DNA of 64,000 nt from Deltaproteobacteria bacterium (GTDB taxonomy: Bacteria; Myxococcota_A; UBA9160; SZUA-336): contig JANNLG010000091.1 of assembly GCA_031396695.1 (NCBI GenBank), positions 3,632 through 67,631 of the forward strand. The letters run 5' to 3'. The position numbers were made by a program, and so were the translations under genes. The notes beneath the pieces were generated by a model, which saw nothing but the letters and a program-made list of their open reading frames with translations, was not told the origin of the DNA and did not search any database. Shown in pieces: positions 8,421-16,853 of this stretch. Position 1 is the first letter of the stretch; each line of letters begins with the position of its first letter.

Positions 8421-9754
8421 GGCGCGGGTCGGACGAAGTTGTTCATCCAATAGATGAACAGGCCCGTCAGCGCGACGTAGAGCCAGATGGGATAGCTGAT
8501 CCGCACGAGCCGCCGGTGCTCGGCGAAGCGCTCGCCAAGCGCGAGCTGCAACGTGCGCGCGACCAGCGGCACGACGGCGACGGCGAGCACGGTGTGAGTG
8601 GTCAGCACGGCGAGGAAGAAGGTTCGCAGCCAGTCGTCACCCGGAAAGCGGCGATGCCCGGCGAGACCGGTCTGCAGCACGTACAGCACCACGAAGAGCG
8701 CTCCGAGCGACACCGCCGAGAGCATCAGGCGTCGGTGCACCTCGCGCTGGCCGCGCCGGATCGCCACCAGCGCGGCAATCAAGAGCGCCGTGATCGCCGC
8801 GTTCAGCGCGCCGTTCAGGTGCGGCAGTAGCTCGCGTGGGCTCATCTCGACTCCTCGGGCTCCGAGCTCTAGGAGCATCGCGCCAAACAGACTCGAGAGG
8901 TAGAGCAGTGAGACGACGAACACGCGCCGATCGCCTGCGGCGCTGCGAGTGCGCACGGCCGCTGCGATCGAGCCCACGAACGCGATTCCGCCCGCGAGGG
9001 CGATGCTCGCGTAGCCGGCGCCGAGTACGCCGCCGGCGACCGGAAGCAGAGTCACGGGAATCAGCGCCAGCGCGAAGGCGAGCATGAAGCGACGAGTGAC
9101 TTGATCTCCGGCCACGGAGGGAAGCATGCGGAACGACGCCGCCTCGTACTCCTCGCGCCGGTACAGCGCGATCGCGAACACGTGCGGCGGTTGCCAGACC
9201 AGCACGATCGCGGCGAGCGCGATCCCCCACGGGCTGACGCGGCCGTCGACGGCGGCATCGGCGATCAACGGTGCAGTGCAGCCGGCGAACGCGCCCACCA
9301 GCGTGTTCCAGGCGCTGCGCGGCTTCAGCCAGATCGTGTAGACGAGCAGATAGTGCGCGAGCGTCGCCGCGCCGATCGCCGCGGGCAGCCAGCCACCGAC
9401 GGCGAAGAGCGCCAGCAGTCCGGCGACCGACGTCGCCATCCCGAAGGCCAGCGCGCGTCGAACCGGCAGCCGGCCGCTCGGCAGCGGGCGTGCGCGCGTT
9501 CGCTCCATGCGGGCGTCCGCGTCGCGCTCCCAGCACGCGTTGAGCGCGCTCGATCCCGCGCCGACGAGCGCGACTCCGAGCAGCGCGCCGAGCACCGTCG
9601 TCAGGTCGGGAAGTGCCGGCTGACCGAGCACGAACGCCGGCAGTGCGGTCAGCAGCACGCCGAGCAGCACGCCCGGACGCGTCAGGTCGAGATAGTCGCG
9701 CGCGCCCGATGTGCGCGGTGCGAGAGTCGCGACCTGCTGAGCGCTCGACGTCAT
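8417..9754 (-). CDS. ctaB: Protoheme IX farnesyltransferase (heme O synthase) fused to a DUF420 (CtaM-like) membrane domain
   Basis: 445 aa. The N-terminal ~290 aa is a UbiA-type prenyltransferase with CtaB/CyoE-like loops (NACWERDADARMERTRARPLP). The C-terminal ~150 aa (LPHLNGALNA...HRRLM...THTVLA...HRRLVRISYPIWLYVALTG) matches the DUF420 pattern. Confidence 0.85.
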   Translation of the reverse strand: MTSSAQQVATLAPRTSGARDYLDLTRPGVLLGVLLTALPAFVLGQPALPDLTTVLGALLGVALVGAGSSALNACWERDADARMERTRARPLPSGRLPVRRALAFGMATSVAGLLALFAVGGWLPAAIGAATLAHYLLVYTIWLKPRSAWNTLVGAFAGCTAPLIADAAVDGRVSPWGIALAAIVLVWQPPHVFAIALYRREEYEAASFRMLPSVAGDQVTRRFMLAFALALIPVTLLPVAGGVLGAGYASIALAGGIAFVGSIAAAVRTRSAAGDRRVFVVSLLYLSSLFGAMLLELGARGVEMSPRELLPHLNGALNAAITALLIAALVAIRRGQREVHRRLMLSAVSLGALFVVLYVLQTGLAGHRRFPGDDWLRTFFLAVLTTHTVLAVAVVPLVARTLQLALGERFAEHRRLVRISYPIWLYVALTGLFIYWMNNFVRPAP

Positions 9755-9764
9755 CCGGTCTCTC

Positions 9765-11852
9765 CTAGTGCAGGGTGAAGCCCGACGCGCGGTCGAACGC
9801 GATCACCCGCCGGGCTCGCTCGTCGAACGCGATGGACTGCTCGCTCGTGTGGGCCCACTCGTCGTCGTGGGTATCACCGATCTCCACGCGCACGAGGTGC
9901 TCTCCCGCAGGGACCGAGAGCGGCGCGACGGCGACGCTGGCGCCGTCGTTCCAGATGCCCTCGGGCGCGAAGCTCTCGTCGACCACTCGCGCACCGTCCA
10001 CGCTGACGCGCAGGCGAACCGGGGCGCGGCCCCGCTCGCACACCTCCGCCTGTCGCATGTGTCTGGGCAGACGTTCGAGCTCTTCCTCGCTGCGCGTGCG
10101 ACACACGTCGCTCTGTCGACCGGGGTGCTTGAACGTGACCACGAGCTCGGCGCCCGGCGCAGCAGGCGCGGTATAGCCCCAATCGCTGACAACGCCGATG
10201 ATCGCGCTGACGAGCAGCGCCAGAGCGACGGACCCCACGCCCGCCAGCGCGCGCGGTGGCTCCACAGTGGCTGGCCGTGGACGGTCTGCGAGCATTCGCG
10301 CGGCCGCGCGCACAAGCTCGGACTTGCGGGTCCGGTCGAGCCAGACGACCTCGATCCGCTCACGCACCTCGTGCTGCACACGCAGCGCCGGCCCACGCGT
10401 CCCGTCGAGCCGCTGGCCGAGAAACTCGGGCCCCTCGCGAAAGTGACACGATCCGGGCGGGCAGCTCACGATCAGCACCTGCTTCGCGCCGCGCCGCAGC
10501 GCCCGCTCGATCGACATCGCGTGGACCCAGCCCGCACACGGACCCGCCTGAACCCGCCAGCCGGGCAGCTCCGCACACAGCCCCGTCTTCGGGTCGATCT
10601 CGAGCGCACCTCCCGCCGACTGCGCGCAGACGAACGCGACGCCTGGCTGCTCGCCGTCCTGTCGTGCATGCTCGAGCCACGACGCGACGCGCTTGCGCTG
10701 TTCCAGCAGCGGGAACGCGGGCAGATCCGTGCCGATCGAATTGCACGAAGCCACGCAGATCCCGCACGCGACGCACTTCGCCGGGTCGACACGCGCCTCG
10801 AGCGCGTAGCTCTCGCGGCGGACCGGCTCCTCGCGTGTGACCATCGAGATCGCCTCGTACGGGCAGTCCTGGTAGCACTGCTCGCAAGCGTTGCAGCGCG
10901 CGGGGTCGACGGCCGCGCTCCGCGGCGCGCGCTTGCGCAGCGACCACGGCACCGCGCCGACCAGAGCGCCGCCGACGAGACACACGGTCCAGACCGCTCC
11001 GCCCGACAGCCGCTGGCCGAGCGCGAGCGGAAACAGGTACCACCAATCCATGCTGAACGACTCCGCGCGCGCGGTCATCTGCGCGCGCTCGGCGCTCGCG
11101 GCGGGATACGCGACCGAGAGCAGCGCGAGCGATCCCAGCACCCAGATCGTCATCGGAGCGCGCGTCAGGAAGCGCGCCCGCGCCGTGCGAGTCAGGTGCA
11201 GCCAGAGCAAGAACGCGAGCGCGAGAGGAACGAGCATGTGGAAGAAGAACACCACGAAGAACAACAGCGAGTTGATGCCCTCGTCGAACAGGAACGAGCG
11301 GCCCATCGGATCCGCGAAGATCGGCAGCGCGTCGAGCGCCTTCGCCGTCTCGATCGCCACGTATTTCCCGCGCACGTCCCAGACCAGCCAGTAACCGGTC
11401 CAGCCGAGCAGCCAGAGCACGCCAAGCGACAGCACGCCGGTCACCCACGCGACCCAGCGCGCGCCGCTGAAGCGTCTCTCGAAGAACAGCCGCAGCGCGT
11501 GCACCAGTCCGAAGAAGATGCACGCGTCGGAGCTGTAGCGGTGCAGCGAGCGCAAGAATCCCGCGCTCCACGGAGCGCTCGACATCGCGGCGACCGAGTC
11601 GTAGGCGAGGTACACGCTCGGGCGGTACCAGAACAGAAGCAGCACGCCCGTGACCGTGGCGACGAAGAGAGCGGTCAGCGCGACCGCCCCGGTCTGCAAG
11701 AACGGATTCAGCGCGTCGGGAAGCGCGCGCCCGAGCACGCGATCGAAGCCGAGGAACGAACGCTCGAGCAGACGCAGCGCGGCCTCCCCGCGGACCGATG
11801 CCTCGCCACCGTGCGCGGCCTCACCGGCCAGCCCGGCGCCTTCAGCCGCCAT
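9765..11852 (-). CDS. Fusion protein: di-heme cytochrome b (bc1/b6 N-terminal type) + 2x[4Fe-4S] ferredoxin + MvhD/FlpD-like domain + TM + C-terminal beta-rich domain
   Basis: 695 aa. Two His pairs on predicted helices (SLHRYSSDACIFFGLVHALR and FFFHMLVPLALAFLLWLHL). CNACEQCYQDCP and CVACGICVASCN cluster motifs. MvhD-like VAFVCAQS...GPCAGWV...VLIVSCPPGSCHFREG. Confidence 0.8.
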   Translation of the reverse strand: MAAEGAGLAGEAAHGGEASVRGEAALRLLERSFLGFDRVLGRALPDALNPFLQTGAVALTALFVATVTGVLLLFWYRPSVYLAYDSVAAMSSAPWSAGFLRSLHRYSSDACIFFGLVHALRLFFERRFSGARWVAWVTGVLSLGVLWLLGWTGYWLVWDVRGKYVAIETAKALDALPIFADPMGRSFLFDEGINSLLFFVVFFFHMLVPLALAFLLWLHLTRTARARFLTRAPMTIWVLGSLALLSVAYPAASAERAQMTARAESFSMDWWYLFPLALGQRLSGGAVWTVCLVGGALVGAVPWSLRKRAPRSAAVDPARCNACEQCYQDCPYEAISMVTREEPVRRESYALEARVDPAKCVACGICVASCNSIGTDLPAFPLLEQRKRVASWLEHARQDGEQPGVAFVCAQSAGGALEIDPKTGLCAELPGWRVQAGPCAGWVHAMSIERALRRGAKQVLIVSCPPGSCHFREGPEFLGQRLDGTRGPALRVQHEVRERIEVVWLDRTRKSELVRAAARMLADRPRPATVEPPRALAGVGSVALALLVSAIIGVVSDWGYTAPAAPGAELVVTFKHPGRQSDVCRTRSEEELERLPRHMRQAEVCERGRAPVRLRVSVDGARVVDESFAPEGIWNDGASVAVAPLSVPAGEHLVRVEIGDTHDDEWAHTSEQSIAFDERARRVIAFDRASGFTLH

Positions 11853-12777
11853 CGGGCTTCTCCCGCAGGAGAAGCTCCAGCGCCGAGCTCAGCCAGCGCT
11901 GCTGCCGCTCACCCAGCGTGAGTCGATAGGCGATGCGCCCGTCCCGGTCGACGAGGAGAAAGAGATTCGCGTGATCGATCACGCCGGTCTCGGGATCGCG
12001 GGTGCGCGCGATGCCCATGTCGTCGAGCACGCGCTCGACCTCGGTCGGCTCGCCGGTGACGAGCGCATAGAGCGGCGCCTCGATCTGGTGACTGCGCGCG
12101 AGCGCCGCGAGCACGTCTGGCGTGTCGTGCGCCGGATCCATGCTGACGGCGATCACGCGCAGATCGCCGCGCAGCTCCGCGGGCACCGCCGCGATCGCCG
12201 CCTTGGTCTGACCGAAAATCAGCGGACAGCTCAGCGGGCACGACGAGTACACGGCAGTCAGCAGCACGACCTTGCCCCGCAGTGCTTCGAGATCCAACGT
12301 GACTCCGTCCTGATTCACGAGCCGCAGAACGGGCGAGTGGAGCTGCGTGCGCAGCGCCTCGGCCGGGAACGTCAGCTGATCTCCCTCGGGCTCGCGACCG
12401 AGCGCCGTGAAGGAGATGGCGGCAATCGCGACGAAGAGAGCGCTCGATAGACATGGCCACACCCACGCGCGGCGTTGTGCCGCCAGCGCGCGCAACGGCT
12501 GCCACCAGAACAGCGCGATGACCGGAGCGATCACGGCCGGCGGTCCCATCATGGCCATCACGTAGCCCGGATTCAGACGGCCCGTCGCGGGGTCGTAGCC
12601 GAAGCACCAGATCCGGAACTCGTCCGCGAACCCGCCCATGCTCGTCTCACCTCCCGGGCTGAACAGCATCACGAGCAGCAGCAGCTCCCAGAACACGAGC
12701 ACGCCGAGCGCGAATGCGGGAAAGCCGCCGCCGTCGAAGAAGCGTTCGGCGTCCGCGCGGGCGTCGAGGGTGGTCAT
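11842..12777 (-). CDS. SCO1/SenC-family copper chaperone with extended N-terminal membrane region
   Basis: 311 aa from the ATG at 12777, which forms an ATGA overlap with the subunit I stop. Thioredoxin-fold CxxxC copper motif (SSCPLSCPLIF) and a downstream conserved His (D.AH.DTP-type region). The 669-aa ORF in the track is an artefactual N-terminal extension. Confidence 0.8.
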   Translation of the reverse strand: MTTLDARADAERFFDGGGFPAFALGVLVFWELLLLVMLFSPGGETSMGGFADEFRIWCFGYDPATGRLNPGYVMAMMGPPAVIAPVIALFWWQPLRALAAQRRAWVWPCLSSALFVAIAAISFTALGREPEGDQLTFPAEALRTQLHSPVLRLVNQDGVTLDLEALRGKVVLLTAVYSSCPLSCPLIFGQTKAAIAAVPAELRGDLRVIAVSMDPAHDTPDVLAALARSHQIEAPLYALVTGEPTEVERVLDDMGIARTRDPETGVIDHANLFLLVDRDGRIAYRLTLGERQQRWLSSALELLLREKPDGG

Positions 12778-14525
12778 CGCACGTGCCACACGTCTGCGAG
12801 CCATAGCCAGTTCGCGAAGTAGTAGACCGCGAACGAAAGCAGGAACACGAGCACCAGCACGAGCGTTCCCGGCGTGCGCTCGTCCTCGCCACCCGAACCC
12901 GGCGCCGGCTGGATCGCGGCGGCCGCGCGGCGATCGACGTGCCAGGCCGTCATCGGCTGGCCCGCGTTGGAGCGACCGAAGAACACGGCCGCGACCACCA
13001 GCGCGATGAACAGGAACAGCCCCAGGAAGGCGATCACCGACCCGACCCCGAGCAGCCCCAACATGACGTGCGCGCCGGAGTCGAAGCCCGCCGAGAACTG
13101 TGCGCCGCTGAACTCGACATCCCAGTGACGGCGCGGGACGCCGTAGGACCCGGCGAACGACATGCCGATCGCCATGGTCGTGATGCCGATGCCGAACAGG
13201 TACGGCTGGATCCTGCACCAGGTCCTCGCGTAGAACTCGCGCTGGAAGATCAGCGGGACGAGGTAGTAGGTCAGCGCCATGAACGCGAGCGTCGTGCCGC
13301 CGACTACGGTGACGTGGAAGTGACCCGGGATGCGCAGCGTGTTGTGCGCCATGATGTTGATCTGCTGCGTGCCGAGCACGACCCCGGTGATCCCGCCGCC
13401 GAAACCGAAGATCACGAGCGACAGGAAGAAGCCGGAGAATCCGGGATTCGACCACGGCGCGTTGGCGAGCCAGCCGAACAGCCCGCGCCCGAAGCCCTTC
13501 CCCCGCATCGCCACCTCGATCGACGCCGGCACCGTGAAGCCGTGGATCATCGATGCCAGGACGGCGAGATACATCGCGTAGGAGGTGTTCCAGATCTTCC
13601 ACGCCGCGCCGACGCCCGGATCGACCAGGATATGGTGCGCCGAGGCGAGGTTGATGAACAGGATGTAGAGCACGAAGGCGCCGCGGCAGACCGCCTGCGA
13701 GATCGGCTTCGCACCCACGGTCAATGCGCCGAGCAGGTACCAGACCGAGACCATCGCGCATACGTTCACCTGCTGAGACATGTGACCCAGTCCCCACCAG
13801 GTCACTCGATACCAACCGGGGTCGATCGCCGGCAGCACTCCGACCGACCACAGGAACGTCGGGATCATCACCACCGCGCCGTGCAAGAGCGTCACGACCG
13901 CGATGATCGCGGCCGCGGTGGCGCCGAACACGACCAGCGGCACGGAGCCCTCGTAGGTGTGGTCGCGCTTCGCGATGTAGAGCGTGCAGAAGAAGTTGAT
14001 CACGGCCACCAGCGCTCCGACCGCGAACAGGATGATGCCCAGGTAGAACAGCGGGTGCGCGACCAGCGGCGCGTACGACGTCATCAGCACGTCCGCCTTG
14101 CCGATCAGAATGGTGGCGTTGAACATGACCGCGCCGGCGAGCATCAGCGCGAATGCGATCCAGGCCAGCGCCACCGAATAGAGTCGGCTGTTGAGCAGGA
14201 CCGTCCCCGCGAAGTAGAGGATCGCGATCTCGAAGTTCAGGATCATCACGATCAGCATGTCGAGGCCGTGCAGCGTGAGAACGCGGTAGTACCAGTCCGC
14301 GGGAAGCAGATGCACCGCCGGCCAGCGCGTGAGACCGAGCAGGATGGCTCCCACGCCGCCGATCAGCAGGAACACGACGGCTGTGACCGCGTGCAGCTTC
14401 ATGAAGCGCTGCGCCGTGAGACAGACCGGCAGCCCGGTCGTGTCGCAGGCGCGGACCACTCCGGTCGGGTGATTTCCATGTGCCTCCGTCGGGATCGTGT
14501 CGCCGGGGATCGTCGTAGTCGTCAT
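12774..14525 (-). CDS. Heme-copper oxidase superfamily subunit I (B-family-like, canonical cross-link Tyr absent)
   Basis: 583 aa with about 12+ TM segments. Helix VI WWGLGHMSQQV (CuB His, but Gln at His+4). Helix VII SAHHILV (CuB HH). Helix X PGHFHVTVVGGT (heme ligands). Helix II LTLHGLDM. Confidence 0.85.
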   Translation of the reverse strand: MTTTTIPGDTIPTEAHGNHPTGVVRACDTTGLPVCLTAQRFMKLHAVTAVVFLLIGGVGAILLGLTRWPAVHLLPADWYYRVLTLHGLDMLIVMILNFEIAILYFAGTVLLNSRLYSVALAWIAFALMLAGAVMFNATILIGKADVLMTSYAPLVAHPLFYLGIILFAVGALVAVINFFCTLYIAKRDHTYEGSVPLVVFGATAAAIIAVVTLLHGAVVMIPTFLWSVGVLPAIDPGWYRVTWWGLGHMSQQVNVCAMVSVWYLLGALTVGAKPISQAVCRGAFVLYILFINLASAHHILVDPGVGAAWKIWNTSYAMYLAVLASMIHGFTVPASIEVAMRGKGFGRGLFGWLANAPWSNPGFSGFFLSLVIFGFGGGITGVVLGTQQINIMAHNTLRIPGHFHVTVVGGTTLAFMALTYYLVPLIFQREFYARTWCRIQPYLFGIGITTMAIGMSFAGSYGVPRRHWDVEFSGAQFSAGFDSGAHVMLGLLGVGSVIAFLGLFLFIALVVAAVFFGRSNAGQPMTAWHVDRRAAAAIQPAPGSGGEDERTPGTLVLVLVFLLSFAVYYFANWLWLADVWHVR

Positions 14526-14529
14526 CGCG

Positions 14530-15057
14530 CTACTCCTCGACCAGGATGCGTCCGGCCATCAGGTGGTGGCCGATGCCGCAGAACTCGTTGCAGATGATCG
14601 TGAACTCACCCGAGCTCGTCGGAGTCAGGGTGAGCACGTGGTCGTAGCCCGGCAGGATCTGGAAGTTCATGTTCAATGGCTGCAGCGAGAAGCCGTGCTG
14701 CAGGTCGATCGACGAGATGTGTACGCGGTAGGTCTGATCCTTCTTGAGCTTCAGGACCGGAAACCACGACCACATCTGCGCCTGCAGATAGGCGTCTCCT
14801 CCGGGCGCGGGCTGCACGATCGGGATGCCGTTCAGCTCCCCGACTTGGTTCGTGGACACGAAGCGCGCCACGCGCTGGGCGAACTCCGCGGGCGTGACCC
14901 GGTACGCCTCGCCGGTGCTGTTCTGCTTGCCGTAGAAGTGCCAGTACGGCATTGCGACGAACATCACGAGGCACCAGCTCATCGCGAGGCCGACCCAGAG
15001 TCTCTCCGCTCCGTGCGGCGCCTTGAACCAGCCCGCCGGCGGTGGATGAATGCTCAT
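14530..15057 (-). CDS. Heme-copper oxidase subunit II with complete CuA site (single TM, ba3-like size)
   Basis: 175 aa with one N-terminal TM and a cupredoxin domain. CuA ligand pattern: H in DLQHGFSL, and CNEFCGIGHHLM (C-x-E-x-C-G-x2-H-x2-M). Confidence 0.85.
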   Translation of the reverse strand: MSIHPPPAGWFKAPHGAERLWVGLAMSWCLVMFVAMPYWHFYGKQNSTGEAYRVTPAEFAQRVARFVSTNQVGELNGIPIVQPAPGGDAYLQAQMWSWFPVLKLKKDQTYRVHISSIDLQHGFSLQPLNMNFQILPGYDHVLTLTPTSSGEFTIICNEFCGIGHHLMAGRILVEE

Positions 15058-15072
15058 GCGATCACTCCTTGT

Positions 15073-15228
15073 TCACGGCAACGTCGCGGGCGCCAGGTAG
15101 TACAGCTCGACCCATGCCCAAAGCGTGTACGAGACGATCGGGATCAACACCCCGAGCGCGAGCAGCAGCCACGGATTGTCCATGAGTCTCTGCAGCGGGT
15201 GGACGTAGCCCGAGTCACTTCGCGCCAT
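15073..15228 (-). CDS. Small single-TM membrane protein (oxidase accessory subunit candidate)
   Basis: 51 aa from the ATG at 15228 with a GAGGAGG RBS. One hydrophobic helix (PWLLLALGVLIPIVSYTLWAWV). Position is analogous to the small subunits of ba3/cbb3 oxidases. Confidence 0.5.
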   Translation of the reverse strand: MARSDSGYVHPLQRLMDNPWLLLALGVLIPIVSYTLWAWVELYYLAPATLP

Positions 15229-16666
15229 AGTCGAACCTCCTCGACCCGGCCAGCGCACCCGCCGCCGGAGTGACCGATTCGCGACTCAGCCAGGCGGACC
15301 CGACGACCGCGATGAACAAGATGCCTCCGGCGATCGAGGCGAAGCCGCCTAGCCCCATCAGGCCCAGACCCAACGTCTCGGCGACACCGCGAGCCGCCTG
15401 CTCCGCGCCGTAGATCTTGCGCCCCATGCCGTGCGCGCCCGCGAGCGCGAAGCCGGCCGCCAGCACCAGCATCCCGGCGCCATACACCGCGGGCTGCCAG
15501 ACGACCGCGCGGCGCATTCCACTGCTCGAGATCCCGAGACCGAACGACGGCAGCAGCAGGTAGCTCGCCGCCATGAATGCGAGCGTGATCGCCCCGACCG
15601 ACGCGTGATAGTGCGCGGGGACCATCGTGCTCTGGCCGCGAATCGCCGCGCCGAGCCCGAAGCCCACCGCGGTCAGGACTGCACTCACGAGAAACGCGGA
15701 GATGCGCGGGTCCGCGAGCGACGCGGCGGAGATCGCGCCCGCACGCCATGCACGCACGACGGCCGTCGTGCACAAGATCAGGAAGATCGTGACGACCGGG
15801 AAGATGCACCAGCGCATCAGCTCGGTGTATCCGACCTGGTAGCCCGCCGTGTGGGTGCCCGCGAGCGCGAACACAGGCGCGAACAGCCACGGCAGAAGAA
15901 GCGCGACGAATAGCCAGCGCGCCGCGAGCGCGCTCACCGGGGCCGCGCCGAGCGCGGACTCGAGCAGCCACAGCCAAAGCGAGAGCATGGCGAGCGTGCA
16001 CACGAGCTGCAGCACGTGCCCGATTCCCCAGACCAGCAGGTCGGCGTACACGTCGGGTTGGAGACCGCCTGGCGCGCGCAGCCAGGTGAATGCGAGCGTG
16101 AGCGCGGCGAGCAGCAGCGCCGCGCGCGCCGTGCGCAGGCCGCTGACCACGCCCGCCGGCATGTCGATGGCGACCAGGCGCGCCGCGCCCGCGCGCCGAT
16201 CGGGCAGAAAGCGGGAATCGACGAAGCTGGCGAGTACGCCGAATCCGAACACCAGCTGACCCGCCTGGAAGATCCAGTGATCCACTGTCGGGATGTAGTT
16301 CGAGAGCAACGGAGGCGCGCCGGGAATCCCGGCTCCGACGAGCTGCAGCGCGATCCCCGCACCCGCGACGTGAACCGAGTGCCGCGCGAGCCACCCGGCG
16401 CGTCCGCGCGCCGGCAGCAGGAAGAAGAGCGAAGCCAGGATCGAGTAGAACCAGGCGACCAACGCCAGGTTGACGTGCGCGACCAGACAGCGCTTGAAGA
16501 AGACCGGGTCGGTCACGAAGCGATCGAAGGGAGGCATGCGTCCCAGAACCACGGCAAGCGCGAACAATCCGGCGAGCACGAGCACGATCAGCGACATTCC
16601 CAGCCAGCGCCGAGAAGCGAGTCGAAGTTCCGAGGTGTCGCTGCTCGTGCTAGCCGTTGAGGACAT
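15215..16666 (-). CDS. Divergent heme-copper-oxidase subunit I-like membrane protein lacking the helix VII His-His pair
   Basis: 483 aa, polytopic. Clear local similarity to the neighbouring subunit I (LVWGIGHVLQLV vs WWGLGHMSQQV; VPAHYHASVGAITLAFMAASYLLLP vs IPGHFHVTVVGGTTLAFMALTYYLVP). No HH motif, only GTHTAG. Confidence 0.7.
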   Translation of the reverse strand: MSSTASTSSDTSELRLASRRWLGMSLIVLVLAGLFALAVVLGRMPPFDRFVTDPVFFKRCLVAHVNLALVAWFYSILASLFFLLPARGRAGWLARHSVHVAGAGIALQLVGAGIPGAPPLLSNYIPTVDHWIFQAGQLVFGFGVLASFVDSRFLPDRRAGAARLVAIDMPAGVVSGLRTARAALLLAALTLAFTWLRAPGGLQPDVYADLLVWGIGHVLQLVCTLAMLSLWLWLLESALGAAPVSALAARWLFVALLLPWLFAPVFALAGTHTAGYQVGYTELMRWCIFPVVTIFLILCTTAVVRAWRAGAISAASLADPRISAFLVSAVLTAVGFGLGAAIRGQSTMVPAHYHASVGAITLAFMAASYLLLPSFGLGISSSGMRRAVVWQPAVYGAGMLVLAAGFALAGAHGMGRKIYGAEQAARGVAETLGLGLMGLGGFASIAGGILFIAVVGSAWLSRESVTPAAGALAGSRRFDYGAK

Positions 16667-16853
16667 GCTGCCGCACGGAAGTGCAATCGACGGGCCAGCG
16701 GTGCGACGCGGAATCGCAGAACGACGTGCTCGATCCGCGAAGGCGTGAGTCGATCAGTCTCATGGGAGTCCCCTCGCCGTAGCGTCAGGCCTCAGCAGGT
16801 CGCGTGGAGTGAGTCGCGCGACCCCGAATGGCGACGAGCTGTTCCGCGATCGA

